The notes under the pieces: model-generated
What the model was told of the DNA's origin: nothing
The model's input: only the letters and a program-made list of their open reading frames with translations
Database searches by the model: none
Shown here: positions 46,800 through 57,080 of the stretch, in pieces
Layout of the letters: each line of letters starts with the position of its first letter
Position numbering within the stretch: position 1 is the stretch's first letter
Assembly: GCA_040752595.1 (NCBI GenBank)
Contig: JBFMGX010000004.1
Span: 91,440-155,439 of the forward strand
Source: Candidatus Zixiibacteriota bacterium
GTDB taxonomy: Bacteria > Zixibacteria > MSB-5A5 > WJJR01
Length of the DNA stretch: 64,000 nucleotides
Direction of reading: 5' to 3'
Made by a program: the position numbers and the translations under genes

Positions 46800-49700
46800 G
46801 TGCAACGTTTGCACCGCGGTTACCACAATCGAAGATTGCTCAAAGCGTGCCGACCAACCGGTCTGGCTATCTCGCTGTTCCTGCTCTCGTGGCAGGTTCC
46901 CGTCTGCCTCAAAGCGGCCCCCGGCCTTTCCTATAGGCCGTTGCGAAGTGATTCGTTACAGTTCATCCTCACGGCTCCACAAAAAGACAGTGTCATCACG
47001 TTCGATGCCGGTCGATTGATCGCGCCGGCGACGCCGCCGACCCGTGCGCGTTCCCCGTGGGCTCTGGACTTGGGTCCGACGCGCGAGGTCGGGGCGGATT
47101 CCCTCGATCTGCAGACTTACATCGCCTTCCGGAATCAGAATGCCGTGGTCGGCGGCTGGAACACGCGCGTGACCACGCTCCTGAAGCAGAGCGATGCCCA
47201 GAAGCGGGGTGCGCTCAAAATCGGACTGGCGCTCCCGTCGGCGATGGAGAGCATCGTCGGTGAGGGCGGGGCGGGACTCAAAGTCTCCGGGTATCGGCGC
47301 ATCTTGTTCTCCGGTCGCTCGCAGTGGACGGATGCCGCCAATGTCGCCGCGATCCGTCAGAGCCGGTTCCCCTCGCTGACCATGCAGCAGGACGCCCGCT
47401 TCACGGTCGAGGGAACTGTCGGCTCGAAGATATCGGTCAAGGTCGACCAGGACTCCAAGCGCACGACCGACCTAGAGAACCGCATCATCCTACGCTATAA
47501 GGGCGATGACGACGACGTCCTGCAGTCCGTGGATTTGGGCAACACGACGCTGTCGCTCTCCGACGCGCGATTTGTCGGCTACAGCCAGCAGATCCAAGGG
47601 CTCTTTGGGATCTCGGCCGGCGGCAAGGTGGGACCGGTCGGATTCAAGGTGATCGCCTCCCAGGAGAAGGGGAACACGACGCGCAGTCGCCTGACGGCCG
47701 GCGCGAACGAGCAGAGCATCATCGTTCGCGACTACAGCTATGATCGCTACCGGTTCTTCGATCTGGCGAGGATCGGGGATTCGACCTACTGGAAACCGGG
47801 CGACAGCATCATCGCCTTCAACCTGTTCATCAGCGCCGGGTCGATCGATCCCAACAATCCGCAGGCCGTCGCCTATCCCAATTGGCGGGACCGCACCGGT
47901 TCCCGCGACTCGGTCGTCCAGCAGTTTCGTCAATTGAGTCTCGTCGACGCCGACGGGAGGGGCGACTACGTTCTGGTGCCCGGACAGTTCTATGTCTGGT
48001 TTCCCACGCGCCTGCAGAACATCCAGAACCAGACCCTCGCCTACTACATGGAGATCGACACCAACAATGACAAGGTGCCGGATGCCATCTTCGGCGATCT
48101 CAGCGGGTTGGATCGAGGGGAGCCTCTGCGCCTGCAGCTTCTGAAACGCAGTTCCCCCAGCCCCGATGACGGGCTCTGGAACGCGGAATGGAAGAACGTC
48201 TACGATTTGCGCATCCGCAACATCGACTATAATGACCTGACCCTGGACATCTACAAAGGTCAGCGGGGTGACGAGGACAATCGTGCCAACCCCAACAGCA
48301 ATGACGACGGCACGCAGTTTCTGCAAGTACTCGGGCTGGACTCGGTGAACGCGACGGGACAATCGAACCCCGACAACAAGGTCGATGACAACCCTACCAT
48401 TCTCAATCGCTCGGCCGGTTTGCTCATCTTCCCCAATCGCTATCCGTTCGCTGATGTCGCCGCCTTGGGCACGGACACGGTGTCGGCGCTCTACAACACG
48501 GCCGAGAACCAGCGCCTGCTGGAGGCGTCGAAGTACTATATCAAAATCACGACACGGCAGCGCTCGCGCACGTTGCGCCTCGGAGCGATCAACATTCTCG
48601 AAGGCTCGGAGGTGGTCACCTACAACAACACCCGCCTGAACCGCGGCTCCGACTACGACATTGACTACAACATCGGCGAGATCACCTTCCTGCGTGATGA
48701 GGTGCTCGACGCCACCGCCAATGTCACCATCGACTACGAGTACTCGCCGTTCATCTCCGCCGAGAAACGCTCGCTCTTCGGCGCTTCGTTGCGCTACGAC
48801 GCCGGGCAGAGCTTCCGCACCGGAACCACGGTGCTCTACAAGGGGACCAAAGCCACCGATCGCCCGGCGCAGTTGGGCCAGGAACCGTATCGCGATCTGG
48901 TCGCCGAGCAGTTTCTGAACTGGAGTGTGTCGCCGACGTTCCTGACGCGCGTCGCCGATGCGATTCCGCTGGTGAAGACGGAGGCCCCCAGCCGCATCGA
49001 CTTCCAGGGGGCCGTCGCGCGGTCGATCCCGAATCCCAACACGAAGGACCAGGTCTACGTGGACGATTTCGAGGGTGCCAAACGGGCCCAGAGTCTCGGC
49101 GTCTTGCGCGAAACCTGGTCGATCGCGTCTCCGCCGTCGGTCGATCAGCAGGATCCCTCGCTGACGCTCCCGACCCGCGGCTTCCACGACCCTGGGTTCA
49201 TCTGGTTCAATCCGTACACGCAGTTTGAAGACATCGACGTCTATGATCGCGATCCCGAGCGCAATCGCGCCTCCGATCGCCGCATCCATGTCCTGGTCCT
49301 CGAATCGCGTCCGCAGAAATCCCGGACGATCGAGCCCGGCACCGACCCCAAGTCCGCCTGGGGCGGAATCATGCGGGGCCTTCCCGGCAGCGCCCAGATT
49401 CAGTCCGGCGCCGAGTATCTCGAATTCCGCATGGCCGTCGCCGCCAAGGGACACACACCGGGCGTGCTGCACCTGGACTTGGGACGCATCTCCGAGGATG
49501 TCGATGGCGGAGGAACACTCAGCACGGAGGATCAAGAACGCGGTGTTCCCCCCTTCCGAAATCGCATTCTCGACGCCGACGAGGACACCGGCCTCGATGG
49601 CGTTCCCGATTCGCTGGAGCAGGGGTATGATCCGGTCAACAACCCCGATCCCGCCGGAGACAACTGGGACTATGACAACAGCATCGACCGCCGCAACGAC

Positions 49701-52700
49701 TACGAGCGCATCAATGGCACGGAGAAGAACGTGCGTGACCCGGTGCGCGGCGTCCGTCCGGACACCGAGGATCTGGGCGGGGAATCCGAGTTCGACCAGA
49801 TCAACCGCTACTACGAATTCGCCGTCCATCTGGATGATCCCCTCGATCCGGCGCTGGTGCCGAACTCGGAGAAGGTCTCGGGCGACAAGACCGGCTTCGC
49901 CGAACAACTGGTCTGGAAGACCTATCGGATTCCCCTGTGGGACTCCCGTTGGTACACGGCGTTCGCCGACGCCGGGGGGAAGCCGGACTCCAACAAGATC
50001 CAATTCGCCCGGATGTGGCTCTCCGGGGCCGATTCCACGACCCGTATCTACTTCGCCGCCGTGGACATCGTCGAGCGCACCTGGGAAAGTTCGATGCGCG
50101 ATGCCGACTCATCCGATATCTATATCCATGATCGTCGCAAGGGGACCTACCCGGATGCCGCCACCACACGGCGCGTGGATCCGGGTCCGACTCCGGCCTT
50201 CCAACTCGGCGTCGTCAATACCGAGGAGAACAAGGACTACTTCTCTCCCCCCGGCGTCAGCGGCTATCGCGATCCGCGCACGCGGTTCACCGAGAAAGAG
50301 CAATCGCTCCTGCTCAAGTACGACAACTTCATGGCCGGCGACGTCGGCCGGGCGACCATTCTCCCCGCCAAAGAGGACTTCACGGGGTATCGTTACCTGC
50401 GCCTGTTCGTGCACGCCGATTCCGGCGCGGCGGATGGCCGGATGGCCTTCTACTTCCGTTTCGGACAGAATGCATCCGACTACTACGAGTACCTTGATAC
50501 GCTCGTCTACGACCCGGATCACGACCGCAACTGGGAGGCGAATGCCGTCACGATCGATTTTGATCGCTTGACCGCCATCAAGGAAGACACGACCCGGCAG
50601 GATTCCCGGGGAAACTACAACTACTTCGACACTGCGTCGCACAACGGCGTCTACGGCAACCCCAGTCTGGCCAATATCGCCTACCGCGAGTTGGGCCTTG
50701 TCGGTCTGGGCAACGGCAGCGAACCGCCCCGCTCAGGCAACGTCTGGATTGACGAGTTGCGTCTGACCGGCGTCCGCAAGGATCCGGGTCTCGCCGCCTC
50801 CGGCCGTATGACCTTCCAAATGGCCGACCTTTTCGGCTTCACGGCGGTCGTGGAGGGACAGAACTATGCCTTCCGCCAGTTGACGCAGGGACGCACCAGC
50901 AGTGTCTTGGCCGGGGCGACCAGGGTCAACCTCACGCTGAACGGCACCGTGAATCTCCACAAGTTCCTCCCGGAGGCGCTGGGAGCCACTCTGCCGGTTG
51001 CGGTCAATGCCACGCGCAACACAACGACGCCGCGGCTGAAGGCCGGATCGGACATCGTCCTGACCCGCGCCGGGCAGGAGAGCGAGCAGGCCACGCTCAA
51101 AAGCGTTGGGGTCTCGTTCCCGATTCAGGTGCGCCCCAAGACGCACAACTGGCTGGTCAACTCGACCATCGGCGCGGTCACGTTGCGCTTCAACGCCGGC
51201 CGCTCCTGGTCGCGCACGCCGCCCACGACACTGTATTCCAAGACCGAGACGTATCAAGCCGACGCCGGATACTCGCTCAAGTTCAAAGAACGGCTGACCT
51301 TCCCGGCGCTGTTCTGGACACGATTCTTGCTCCTGCCGCGACGGGTCTATGGCACGCCGCTGTCCATCCTGCCGACCACGTTCAGTGCGTCCGGTTCGGT
51401 GGCGCGCACTTCTGGCCGCATCCGCAACAACAAGAACGTGACTACCGATACGTACACCCGCACGTTCCGGGGCAACTCGACCGTCGCCCTGCAGCCCATC
51501 CCCGCGTTGAGCGCCAGCTACGACATGTCCACGCAGCGTGACCTGTCGGACCCGGAGCTGGTCAAGCTCAGCGTCAACCCACGCGAGCTCCGGCTGGGTA
51601 ACGAGTTGAACTTCACGCAACGTCTTACGTCGAACTACCGACCGCAGTTGTTTTCGTTCTTCTCGCCGTCGTTCGCCTATTCCGCGACCTTCGCCGACAA
51701 CATCGACCGCGTCTGGCGCGACCACGACGTCAGTGTGGACCGTAATTGGTCGGCCAATGGTACATTTGATCTGCAGAAGTTCTTGAACGCCCTCAGTCTG
51801 CGGCGATCAAGGCCCCCGACTCAGGCCCGACCGTCCAGTCCACAGCGGCGCGAGTCAGCCGGCCCGGCATCGGGTGACGATGCCAAGAAGGACACAACGA
51901 CGGCGCCGACGCCGAAGCCGTCCGGACAGGGAGGATTCGTCGCGTTCGGTGCTTGGGATGCTCTACTGAGTGGGCTCCGCTGGCTGACCAGTCCGATCGG
52001 AGCCATGAGTCTGAGCTATGGCCGCTCCGATCGGGATGCGCGTCAGAATCTCGCCAACCGGCCGTCGCAGTTCTATCAATTCGGTTGGCGCCTGGATGAG
52101 CTGGTGCCCCGGTCTGCCACGGGCATCCAAGGGACCGGCCAGGTCGACTCACGCTCACGACGCGAGACGTACGGCGTGAAGAACCAGTTGAACTTCTTCA
52201 AGATCCTGACCTTCGGCAGCAGCTACGGTTTCAGCCGTACGCAGAACGTCACTGCCGGAAGTCGCACCCGCGCGGAGGGGACCGAGTTCCCTTCGTTGAC
52301 GACGGGATTGCAGCGCCTGGAACGGTTCAAGCCGCTCGGCTGGGTGTTCAGCACCGCCTCCGCGAGTTTCGGCTACACGCGCAAGAAAGAAAAGAGCTAC
52401 CAGAACGACGATCTCAACGGCAACACTGTCACGGAGGACTTCCGCCCGCTGTTGCGCATCGTCGGTTCCACACGCAAGGGATTGCAGGTCACGATGCAGT
52501 GGGACCGGGGTTCCAGCACCAACGAACCGCGATTCTCCGCGGCCAAGACCAAAGGGTCCAGCAGCGGGATGTCGTTGACGACCAACTACACGTTCAGCTC
52601 GCCCAACGGCATCCCCCTGCCGATCTTGCGCGCCATCAGATTGCGATCCCAGATGTCGCTGTCGGTTACGCTCACGCGGAAGACCGGCGAGTCATTGAGT

Positions 52701-52904
52701 GCACCGGTCGGCTCCGACGCCTTCCAACTGACGCAGAGCAACACCGACTTCGGCGTCTCGACCAGCGCGCGCTACTCCTTCTCCACCCGGCTGTCCGGCG
52801 GCATGAGTGCGGAATGGACCGACCGATCGGAAAATTCGCAGTCGGCCGGACGGCGCAAGTCCCATGTCCGCTCGCTCGCCCTCTGGGCAGAGTTTACGTT
52901 CTGA
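46800..52904 (+). CDS. sprA: Giant (2034-aa) outer-membrane beta-barrel protein, likely the SprA/Sov type IX secretion translocon.
   Basis: An N-terminal signal-like hydrophobic segment is followed by very long regions of alternating hydrophobic beta-strand patterning. The C-terminus is aromatic (…LALWAEFTF). The size class is characteristic of SprA. T9SS cargo proteins occur in the same window. Confidence 0.5.
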   Translation: MQRLHRGYHNRRLLKACRPTGLAISLFLLSWQVPVCLKAAPGLSYRPLRSDSLQFILTAPQKDSVITFDAGRLIAPATPPTRARSPWALDLGPTREVGADSLDLQTYIAFRNQNAVVGGWNTRVTTLLKQSDAQKRGALKIGLALPSAMESIVGEGGAGLKVSGYRRILFSGRSQWTDAANVAAIRQSRFPSLTMQQDARFTVEGTVGSKISVKVDQDSKRTTDLENRIILRYKGDDDDVLQSVDLGNTTLSLSDARFVGYSQQIQGLFGISAGGKVGPVGFKVIASQEKGNTTRSRLTAGANEQSIIVRDYSYDRYRFFDLARIGDSTYWKPGDSIIAFNLFISAGSIDPNNPQAVAYPNWRDRTGSRDSVVQQFRQLSLVDADGRGDYVLVPGQFYVWFPTRLQNIQNQTLAYYMEIDTNNDKVPDAIFGDLSGLDRGEPLRLQLLKRSSPSPDDGLWNAEWKNVYDLRIRNIDYNDLTLDIYKGQRGDEDNRANPNSNDDGTQFLQVLGLDSVNATGQSNPDNKVDDNPTILNRSAGLLIFPNRYPFADVAALGTDTVSALYNTAENQRLLEASKYYIKITTRQRSRTLRLGAINILEGSEVVTYNNTRLNRGSDYDIDYNIGEITFLRDEVLDATANVTIDYEYSPFISAEKRSLFGASLRYDAGQSFRTGTTVLYKGTKATDRPAQLGQEPYRDLVAEQFLNWSVSPTFLTRVADAIPLVKTEAPSRIDFQGAVARSIPNPNTKDQVYVDDFEGAKRAQSLGVLRETWSIASPPSVDQQDPSLTLPTRGFHDPGFIWFNPYTQFEDIDVYDRDPERNRASDRRIHVLVLESRPQKSRTIEPGTDPKSAWGGIMRGLPGSAQIQSGAEYLEFRMAVAAKGHTPGVLHLDLGRISEDVDGGGTLSTEDQERGVPPFRNRILDADEDTGLDGVPDSLEQGYDPVNNPDPAGDNWDYDNSIDRRNDYERINGTEKNVRDPVRGVRPDTEDLGGESEFDQINRYYEFAVHLDDPLDPALVPNSEKVSGDKTGFAEQLVWKTYRIPLWDSRWYTAFADAGGKPDSNKIQFARMWLSGADSTTRIYFAAVDIVERTWESSMRDADSSDIYIHDRRKGTYPDAATTRRVDPGPTPAFQLGVVNTEENKDYFSPPGVSGYRDPRTRFTEKEQSLLLKYDNFMAGDVGRATILPAKEDFTGYRYLRLFVHADSGAADGRMAFYFRFGQNASDYYEYLDTLVYDPDHDRNWEANAVTIDFDRLTAIKEDTTRQDSRGNYNYFDTASHNGVYGNPSLANIAYRELGLVGLGNGSEPPRSGNVWIDELRLTGVRKDPGLAASGRMTFQMADLFGFTAVVEGQNYAFRQLTQGRTSSVLAGATRVNLTLNGTVNLHKFLPEALGATLPVAVNATRNTTTPRLKAGSDIVLTRAGQESEQATLKSVGVSFPIQVRPKTHNWLVNSTIGAVTLRFNAGRSWSRTPPTTLYSKTETYQADAGYSLKFKERLTFPALFWTRFLLLPRRVYGTPLSILPTTFSASGSVARTSGRIRNNKNVTTDTYTRTFRGNSTVALQPIPALSASYDMSTQRDLSDPELVKLSVNPRELRLGNELNFTQRLTSNYRPQLFSFFSPSFAYSATFADNIDRVWRDHDVSVDRNWSANGTFDLQKFLNALSLRRSRPPTQARPSSPQRRESAGPASGDDAKKDTTTAPTPKPSGQGGFVAFGAWDALLSGLRWLTSPIGAMSLSYGRSDRDARQNLANRPSQFYQFGWRLDELVPRSATGIQGTGQVDSRSRRETYGVKNQLNFFKILTFGSSYGFSRTQNVTAGSRTRAEGTEFPSLTTGLQRLERFKPLGWVFSTASASFGYTRKKEKSYQNDDLNGNTVTEDFRPLLRIVGSTRKGLQVTMQWDRGSSTNEPRFSAAKTKGSSSGMSLTTNYTFSSPNGIPLPILRAIRLRSQMSLSVTLTRKTGESLSAPVGSDAFQLTQSNTDFGVSTSARYSFSTRLSGGMSAEWTDRSENSQSAGRRKSHVRSLALWAEFTF

Positions 52905-52997
52905 TTCCGATGGACCCGGTGGCTCCGACTCCGCGCCTGTTGGGGTCGTGGTCTCTTGTGTCTTTCTTCCCCAGGCGTGACTTCCTATCTTCGCGGT

Positions 52998-53930
52998 ATG
53001 AGTTCGGGTGATCACGGCTCTCGCCATCGCGGTCGGGCGGTCCGGCCCCTTCTCTTGGGACTCACCATCGTGGTGTTCCTCGGCGGATGTGCCCGCTCGC
53101 GTCCCACGTTCGACGGCAAGCGTGCGTTTGCCGATCTGCAGACGCAGGTGGACTTCGGGCCGCGGGTCCCGGGGGATGAGGCCCATCGTCGTTGCGCCCA
53201 ATGGCTGCACGCCCAACTGGCCACTTACGCCGATAGTGTCACAGAGCAGCACTTCTCTGGCGTAATCCCCGGTCGACTCGATTCGGTCGGCATGATCAAC
53301 ATCATCGCCCGCTTTGGAACTCGCGCCGGACGCCGCGTGCTGTTGGGTGCGCACTGGGATACGCGCCCGTGGGCGGACATGGATCCCGACTCCACCAAGT
53401 GGTTCCAGTCGTTTGCCGGTGCCAACGACGGCGCTTCCGGCGTGGCCGTCCTCCTCGAAATCGCGCGCGGCCTCGACTCGATACCGCCCCCGGTCGGTGT
53501 CGATCTCGTGCTCTTCGATGGTGAGGATGCCGGTGATTACGGCACGACGCCGGGCCTATGGTGCCAGGGATCGACCTATTTCGCCGCGCACCTTCCCACC
53601 CGCTACGAATGGGTGATCGTCGTGGACATGGTGGGGGATAGGGACCTCTATCTGCCTCAGGAGGCCTATTCGTTGCGTCTGGCGCGGCCGCTGGCCGATC
53701 GCGTCTGGTCATTGGCCGCCCGACTCGGTGAGACGGCCTTTGCCGCCGGTCGCGGCCCGGAGGTCTTCGACGACCACATTCCGTTCCTGATGCGCGGCAT
53801 TCCGGCCATTGATGTCATCGATTTCGAATATGCGCCGTGGCACACGACGCAGGATGTGGCCGACCGTTGTTCACCGGCATCACTGCGGTCGGTCGGACGG
53901 GTCCTGATTGAAACGCTCTATTCCGGATAG
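52998..53930 (+). CDS. M28-family metallo-lipoprotein; glutaminyl-peptide cyclotransferase-like.
   Basis: The lipoprotein signal is …LLLGLTIVVFLGGC. M28/QC-type metal-site motifs are present: HWDTRPW, NDGASGVAVLLE, DGEDAG and WHTTQD. Confidence 0.55.
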   Translation: MSSGDHGSRHRGRAVRPLLLGLTIVVFLGGCARSRPTFDGKRAFADLQTQVDFGPRVPGDEAHRRCAQWLHAQLATYADSVTEQHFSGVIPGRLDSVGMINIIARFGTRAGRRVLLGAHWDTRPWADMDPDSTKWFQSFAGANDGASGVAVLLEIARGLDSIPPPVGVDLVLFDGEDAGDYGTTPGLWCQGSTYFAAHLPTRYEWVIVVDMVGDRDLYLPQEAYSLRLARPLADRVWSLAARLGETAFAAGRGPEVFDDHIPFLMRGIPAIDVIDFEYAPWHTTQDVADRCSPASLRSVGRVLIETLYSG

Positions 53931-53950
53931 CCGCATTCGCAGCGAGAAAC

Positions 53951-54469
53951 ATGGAGACCGAGCTCGACAACGACCCGCGCCGTGCGGGTCCCTGTGGATT
54001 CTCGCGGACAGAAGTCGGTGCGCTGCTGGTCGTTGTGGCGATTTCTGTTGTCTTGGGGCTCTACGGTTGGTGGGAACGGCGTTCTATGGCCTCTGCCCCG
54101 GGATGGGTGATCGAGGACGTCGTCCTCAACGTCGAATCCCGCCCGTCACTCCCGCGCTCCGCCGGTACTGTCGCCGATCACGACGATTCGCTCGGACGGG
54201 AGCGGCTGCCGACCGAAACGTCGGTCGACGTCAACCGGGCCACGCTGGCGGACCTGGTGCGGCTCCCTGGGATAGGGCCGCAATTGGCGGCGCGGATCAT
54301 CCAAGACCGACAATCCCGTGGCCCCTTTACCGATCTGGCCGACATGCAGCGAGTGCGCGGTATCGGTCCCAAGAATGCTGCCGCACTGGCTGGCTGGGTG
54401 CGCTTCACCTCTCCCGGTCGCGACAGTATCGGCCGGGAAGGTCCCGATACAACAGTGGGCAAGGATTGA
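53951..54469 (+). CDS. comEA: ComEA-family helix-hairpin-helix DNA-binding protein.
   Basis: A TM anchor precedes tandem HhH motifs (VDVNRATLADLVRLPGIGPQLAARII…DLADMQRVRGIGPKNAAAL). Confidence 0.75.
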   Translation: METELDNDPRRAGPCGFSRTEVGALLVVVAISVVLGLYGWWERRSMASAPGWVIEDVVLNVESRPSLPRSAGTVADHDDSLGRERLPTETSVDVNRATLADLVRLPGIGPQLAARIIQDRQSRGPFTDLADMQRVRGIGPKNAAALAGWVRFTSPGRDSIGREGPDTTVGKD

Positions 54470-55068
54470 GAATTATCGCCGGACGATACAAGGGGAGGCG
54501 TCTGCGGCCGGTTCCCGGGGATACGGTGCGCTCGACCTCCGACCGCGCCAAGGAGTCGCTGTTCAATATCCTGGCTGGCGAGCTTGCGGGGGCTTGGGTA
54601 CTCGATCTTTTCTGCGGTGCGGGGACACTCGGTCTGGAGGCGCTTTCACGCGGTGCGGCCCGGGTGGTGTTCGTCGATTCCTCCCGCAAGTCACTCAAGC
54701 GGGCGGCGGAAAACGCCGCCTCGCTCGGGATTGAATCGGAAGCGGTCTTCTATGGCGCGCAGGCGGCCGTGGCTCTGCGGACTCTGGCCTATAGACGCCT
54801 GTCGTTCTCTGTGATCCTCGCCGACCCGCCCTATGGGGAGGGTTGGGCGGCACGGACTCTCACGGCCGTCGCAGAATCCGACTGCCGGGCGGCGGAGGGA
54901 GTTCTCGTCATCGAACACCATAAGAAGGATCTCCCCGGCGATCCGCCGGTCGGGTTTTCTCTGTGGACAAGCCGCCGCTTCGGCGATACTGTGATGTCGC
55001 TCTGGCGTTGGTCCAGAGGCGGGGATCACGCTGATCGTTCGTCATCCGCCGATCACGGTGCGCCATGA
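54466..55068 (+). CDS. rsmD: 16S rRNA (guanine966-N2)-methyltransferase.
   Basis: The regions RIIAGRYKGRRL…DRAKESLFNIL…LDLFCGAGTLGLEALSRGA…ILADPPY are diagnostic of RsmD. A TTG start overlaps the comEA stop. The upstream 186 codons of the six-frame ORF are spurious. Confidence 0.8.
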   Translation: MRIIAGRYKGRRLRPVPGDTVRSTSDRAKESLFNILAGELAGAWVLDLFCGAGTLGLEALSRGAARVVFVDSSRKSLKRAAENAASLGIESEAVFYGAQAAVALRTLAYRRLSFSVILADPPYGEGWAARTLTAVAESDCRAAEGVLVIEHHKKDLPGDPPVGFSLWTSRRFGDTVMSLWRWSRGGDHADRSSSADHGAP

Positions 55069-55607
55069 CCGAATCCCGACCCACGAGACGTCTCGGGTTG
55101 TATCCCGGGAGCTTTGACCCGATCACCCTCGGGCATCTGGACCTGATCGACCGCGCCCTGGCGCTGTTCGACCATCTGTTGATTGCCGTGGCGGACAATC
55201 CATCCAAGACACCCGTCTTCTCCGCCGCTGAACGGCAGGCGATGATTGTCGATTCACTCGGATTGCTCAAGGCCCACGAGGCGGTCGCGCGCGTCGAAGT
55301 CGTGACCTTTCACGGCCTGGTCGCCGATCTGGCGGTAGACCGGGGGGCGGTGTCGATCATCCGCGGGCTGCGCGCCGTCTCCGATTTCGAGTTTGAGTTC
55401 CAGATGGCGCTCACCAACCGCACGCTGGCCCCCGATGTCGAGACCGTCTTCCTGATGCCGAATGCCCGCTACACCTTTCTCTCATCGGCGATCATGAAGA
55501 ATGTCGCCGCGTATGGGGGGGATGTCTCCCGGTTTGTCCCGCCGGCGGTACATGCCCGCTTCGCCGAGCGCTTCCCCTCTTATGCCCGCCGGCGACGGCC
55601 GAAGTAG
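55065..55607 (+). CDS. coaD: Phosphopantetheine adenylyltransferase.
   Basis: The region GLYPGSFDPITLGHLDLIDRA is diagnostic of CoaD. The start overlaps the rsmD stop as ATGA, and rsmD-coaD is a conserved gene pair. Confidence 0.9.
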   Translation: MTESRPTRRLGLYPGSFDPITLGHLDLIDRALALFDHLLIAVADNPSKTPVFSAAERQAMIVDSLGLLKAHEAVARVEVVTFHGLVADLAVDRGAVSIIRGLRAVSDFEFEFQMALTNRTLAPDVETVFLMPNARYTFLSSAIMKNVAAYGGDVSRFVPPAVHARFAERFPSYARRRRPK

Positions 55608-55644
55608 GCGCTGGTCGCGTCGTCGCCCCTCCCGACTCCCCAAC

Positions 55645-55895
55645 GTCGTCTCCGCTGTAGGGGCGCACGGCTTGCCACGCCTGATGTAGGGTGGGCTCCG
55701 CCCACCGTCAAGGGGCTGAAGCCCTTTGTCCGCAATGTGAATCGCGGGGGTGCGTGCTCTGCACGAACCGTGAAGATCGGGCGGGCTTTGCCCACCACAG
55801 GGGGCTGAAAGCTCCCTGTCCACGATCTGCATGACATGTCGTGTCCGCTGTAGAGGCGCACGGCCGCTCGTGGTGAACCGTGCGCCCCTACGACT
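55645..55895. repeat. Cluster of two repeat families: GCTGTAGGGGCGCACGG-type REP hairpins flanking two ~50-bp GTAGG-palindrome/CAGGGGGCTGAAAGC units.
   Basis: The copy at 55654-55670 reads gctgtaggggcgcacgg. The unit at 55686-55733 reads gtagggtgggctccgcccaccgtcaaggggctgaagccctttgtcc. The unit at 55776-55823 reads gatcgggcgggctttgcccaccacagggggctgaaagctccctgtccac. The hairpin at 55845-55892 reads ccgctgtagaggcgcacgg…ccgtgcgcccctacg. Confidence 0.55.
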
Positions 55896-55958
55896 TTGAC
55901 ATGAGGGTGCCGATTTGGCTTAATTCCATCGTCGTCAAGGTGTAAACAGACGGTATCC

Positions 55959-57080
55959 ATGATCACGAAAACCCTCGAACAAGGCGTCAAGCGCCTCGGT
56001 CTCCGTCTCTTGTCCGTCGCCGCTCCCAAGGCCCGACCGCGGCCAACGCCATCCGATCTGGAGCATGTGGCGCGCATTCTGGTCGTGAAACCCGATGAGC
56101 GCATCGGCAATGCGGTCTTGGTGACGCCGTTGCTGGTGGCGCTGAAAGGGAAGTTCTCGCGCGCCCGACTGGTGCTGCTCATGGGGCGTCGCTTCTGGGA
56201 TCTGCACGAGCATCTTCCCTCCGCCGATGAGTTCATCCCGTTCGAGAAGGCCCGCCTGGCGCGCAACCCGCTGGGCTTCCTGGCGCTGGTCCGCCGACTC
56301 CGTTCACGACGCTTCGATCTGGTCTTCGATGCCGCCGGGGATCACGAGGTATCGTTCACACACCTGGCGTTGACCGCGTTGTCGGGGGCGAAGTTCCGTG
56401 TCGGGCACGATCGCGGTGACGCCGGGCTGTTCTACGAAGTCCCGGTCGCCATTCCCGTCGGACCACGCCACGCCGCCGAGATGCACCTCGATTTGTTGCG
56501 CGCCGTCACTCCGATCCGATCACACCCCCGGCCACTGCTGCGCCCGCGACCCGACACCGGTTTTGCCGCGCGGTTCATCGCGGAGCACGGTTGGGACCCG
56601 GCGCTCCCCTTCATCGTGATCCACCCCGGCGCCAGAGGCCGGAAGCAATGGCCTCCGGCGCAGTTTGTTCGCGTCATCGAATTGCTGAAATCGCGGCTGG
56701 ACGCGAATCTCGCCTTGGTCTGGGGACCGGCCGACACCGGGGCCGCCATAGCGATACGGGATCAGACAGACATCGCCGCCGCAGGTGTTTTGCCCCTCGC
56801 CGATTTCCTGTCGCTGGTGCGACGTTCAACCGTCTTCGTCTCGGGTGATTGCGGCCCGATGCACCTGGCCGCCGCGGCCGGCGCCCGCGTCGTTGCGATC
56901 TTTCTGGCCAGCGATCCGGAGAAGTACCGTCCCTTGGGTCTTGAGGATATCACGCTCGACGGGCGCGCGACACCCCCCGATCCCGGGACAGTGGCCGATG
57001 CCGTCATCACAATCGCCTCAAGCTCACGGCGTCTCCGACAGGGCGAGCTGCCGCTGGCCGGGGCCGGCACCGCAACATGA
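55959..57080 (+). CDS. Glycosyltransferase family 9 (LPS heptosyltransferase-like).
   Basis: The region ILVVKPDERIGNAVLVTPLL…GDCGPMHLAAAAGARVVAIF is the GT9 pattern. Confidence 0.75.
   Translation: MITKTLEQGVKRLGLRLLSVAAPKARPRPTPSDLEHVARILVVKPDERIGNAVLVTPLLVALKGKFSRARLVLLMGRRFWDLHEHLPSADEFIPFEKARLARNPLGFLALVRRLRSRRFDLVFDAAGDHEVSFTHLALTALSGAKFRVGHDRGDAGLFYEVPVAIPVGPRHAAEMHLDLLRAVTPIRSHPRPLLRPRPDTGFAARFIAEHGWDPALPFIVIHPGARGRKQWPPAQFVRVIELLKSRLDANLALVWGPADTGAAIAIRDQTDIAAAGVLPLADFLSLVRRSTVFVSGDCGPMHLAAAAGARVVAIFLASDPEKYRPLGLEDITLDGRATPPDPGTVADAVITIASSSRRLRQGELPLAGAGTAT

Noticed and set aside
47490-51725. - strand ORFs of 837 aa and 330 aa, and several internal + strand ORFs (e.g. 49225-50571).
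   Set aside because: All are contained within the continuous 2034-codon + strand frame, whose beta-barrel C-terminus and signal-like N-terminus make it the real gene. The alternate frames give Pro/Arg/Ser-rich low-complexity translations.
53908-54465. Upstream 186 codons of the ORF containing rsmD.
   Set aside because: They overlap comEA in another frame and have no homology. The RsmD homology starts at the TTG at 54466.
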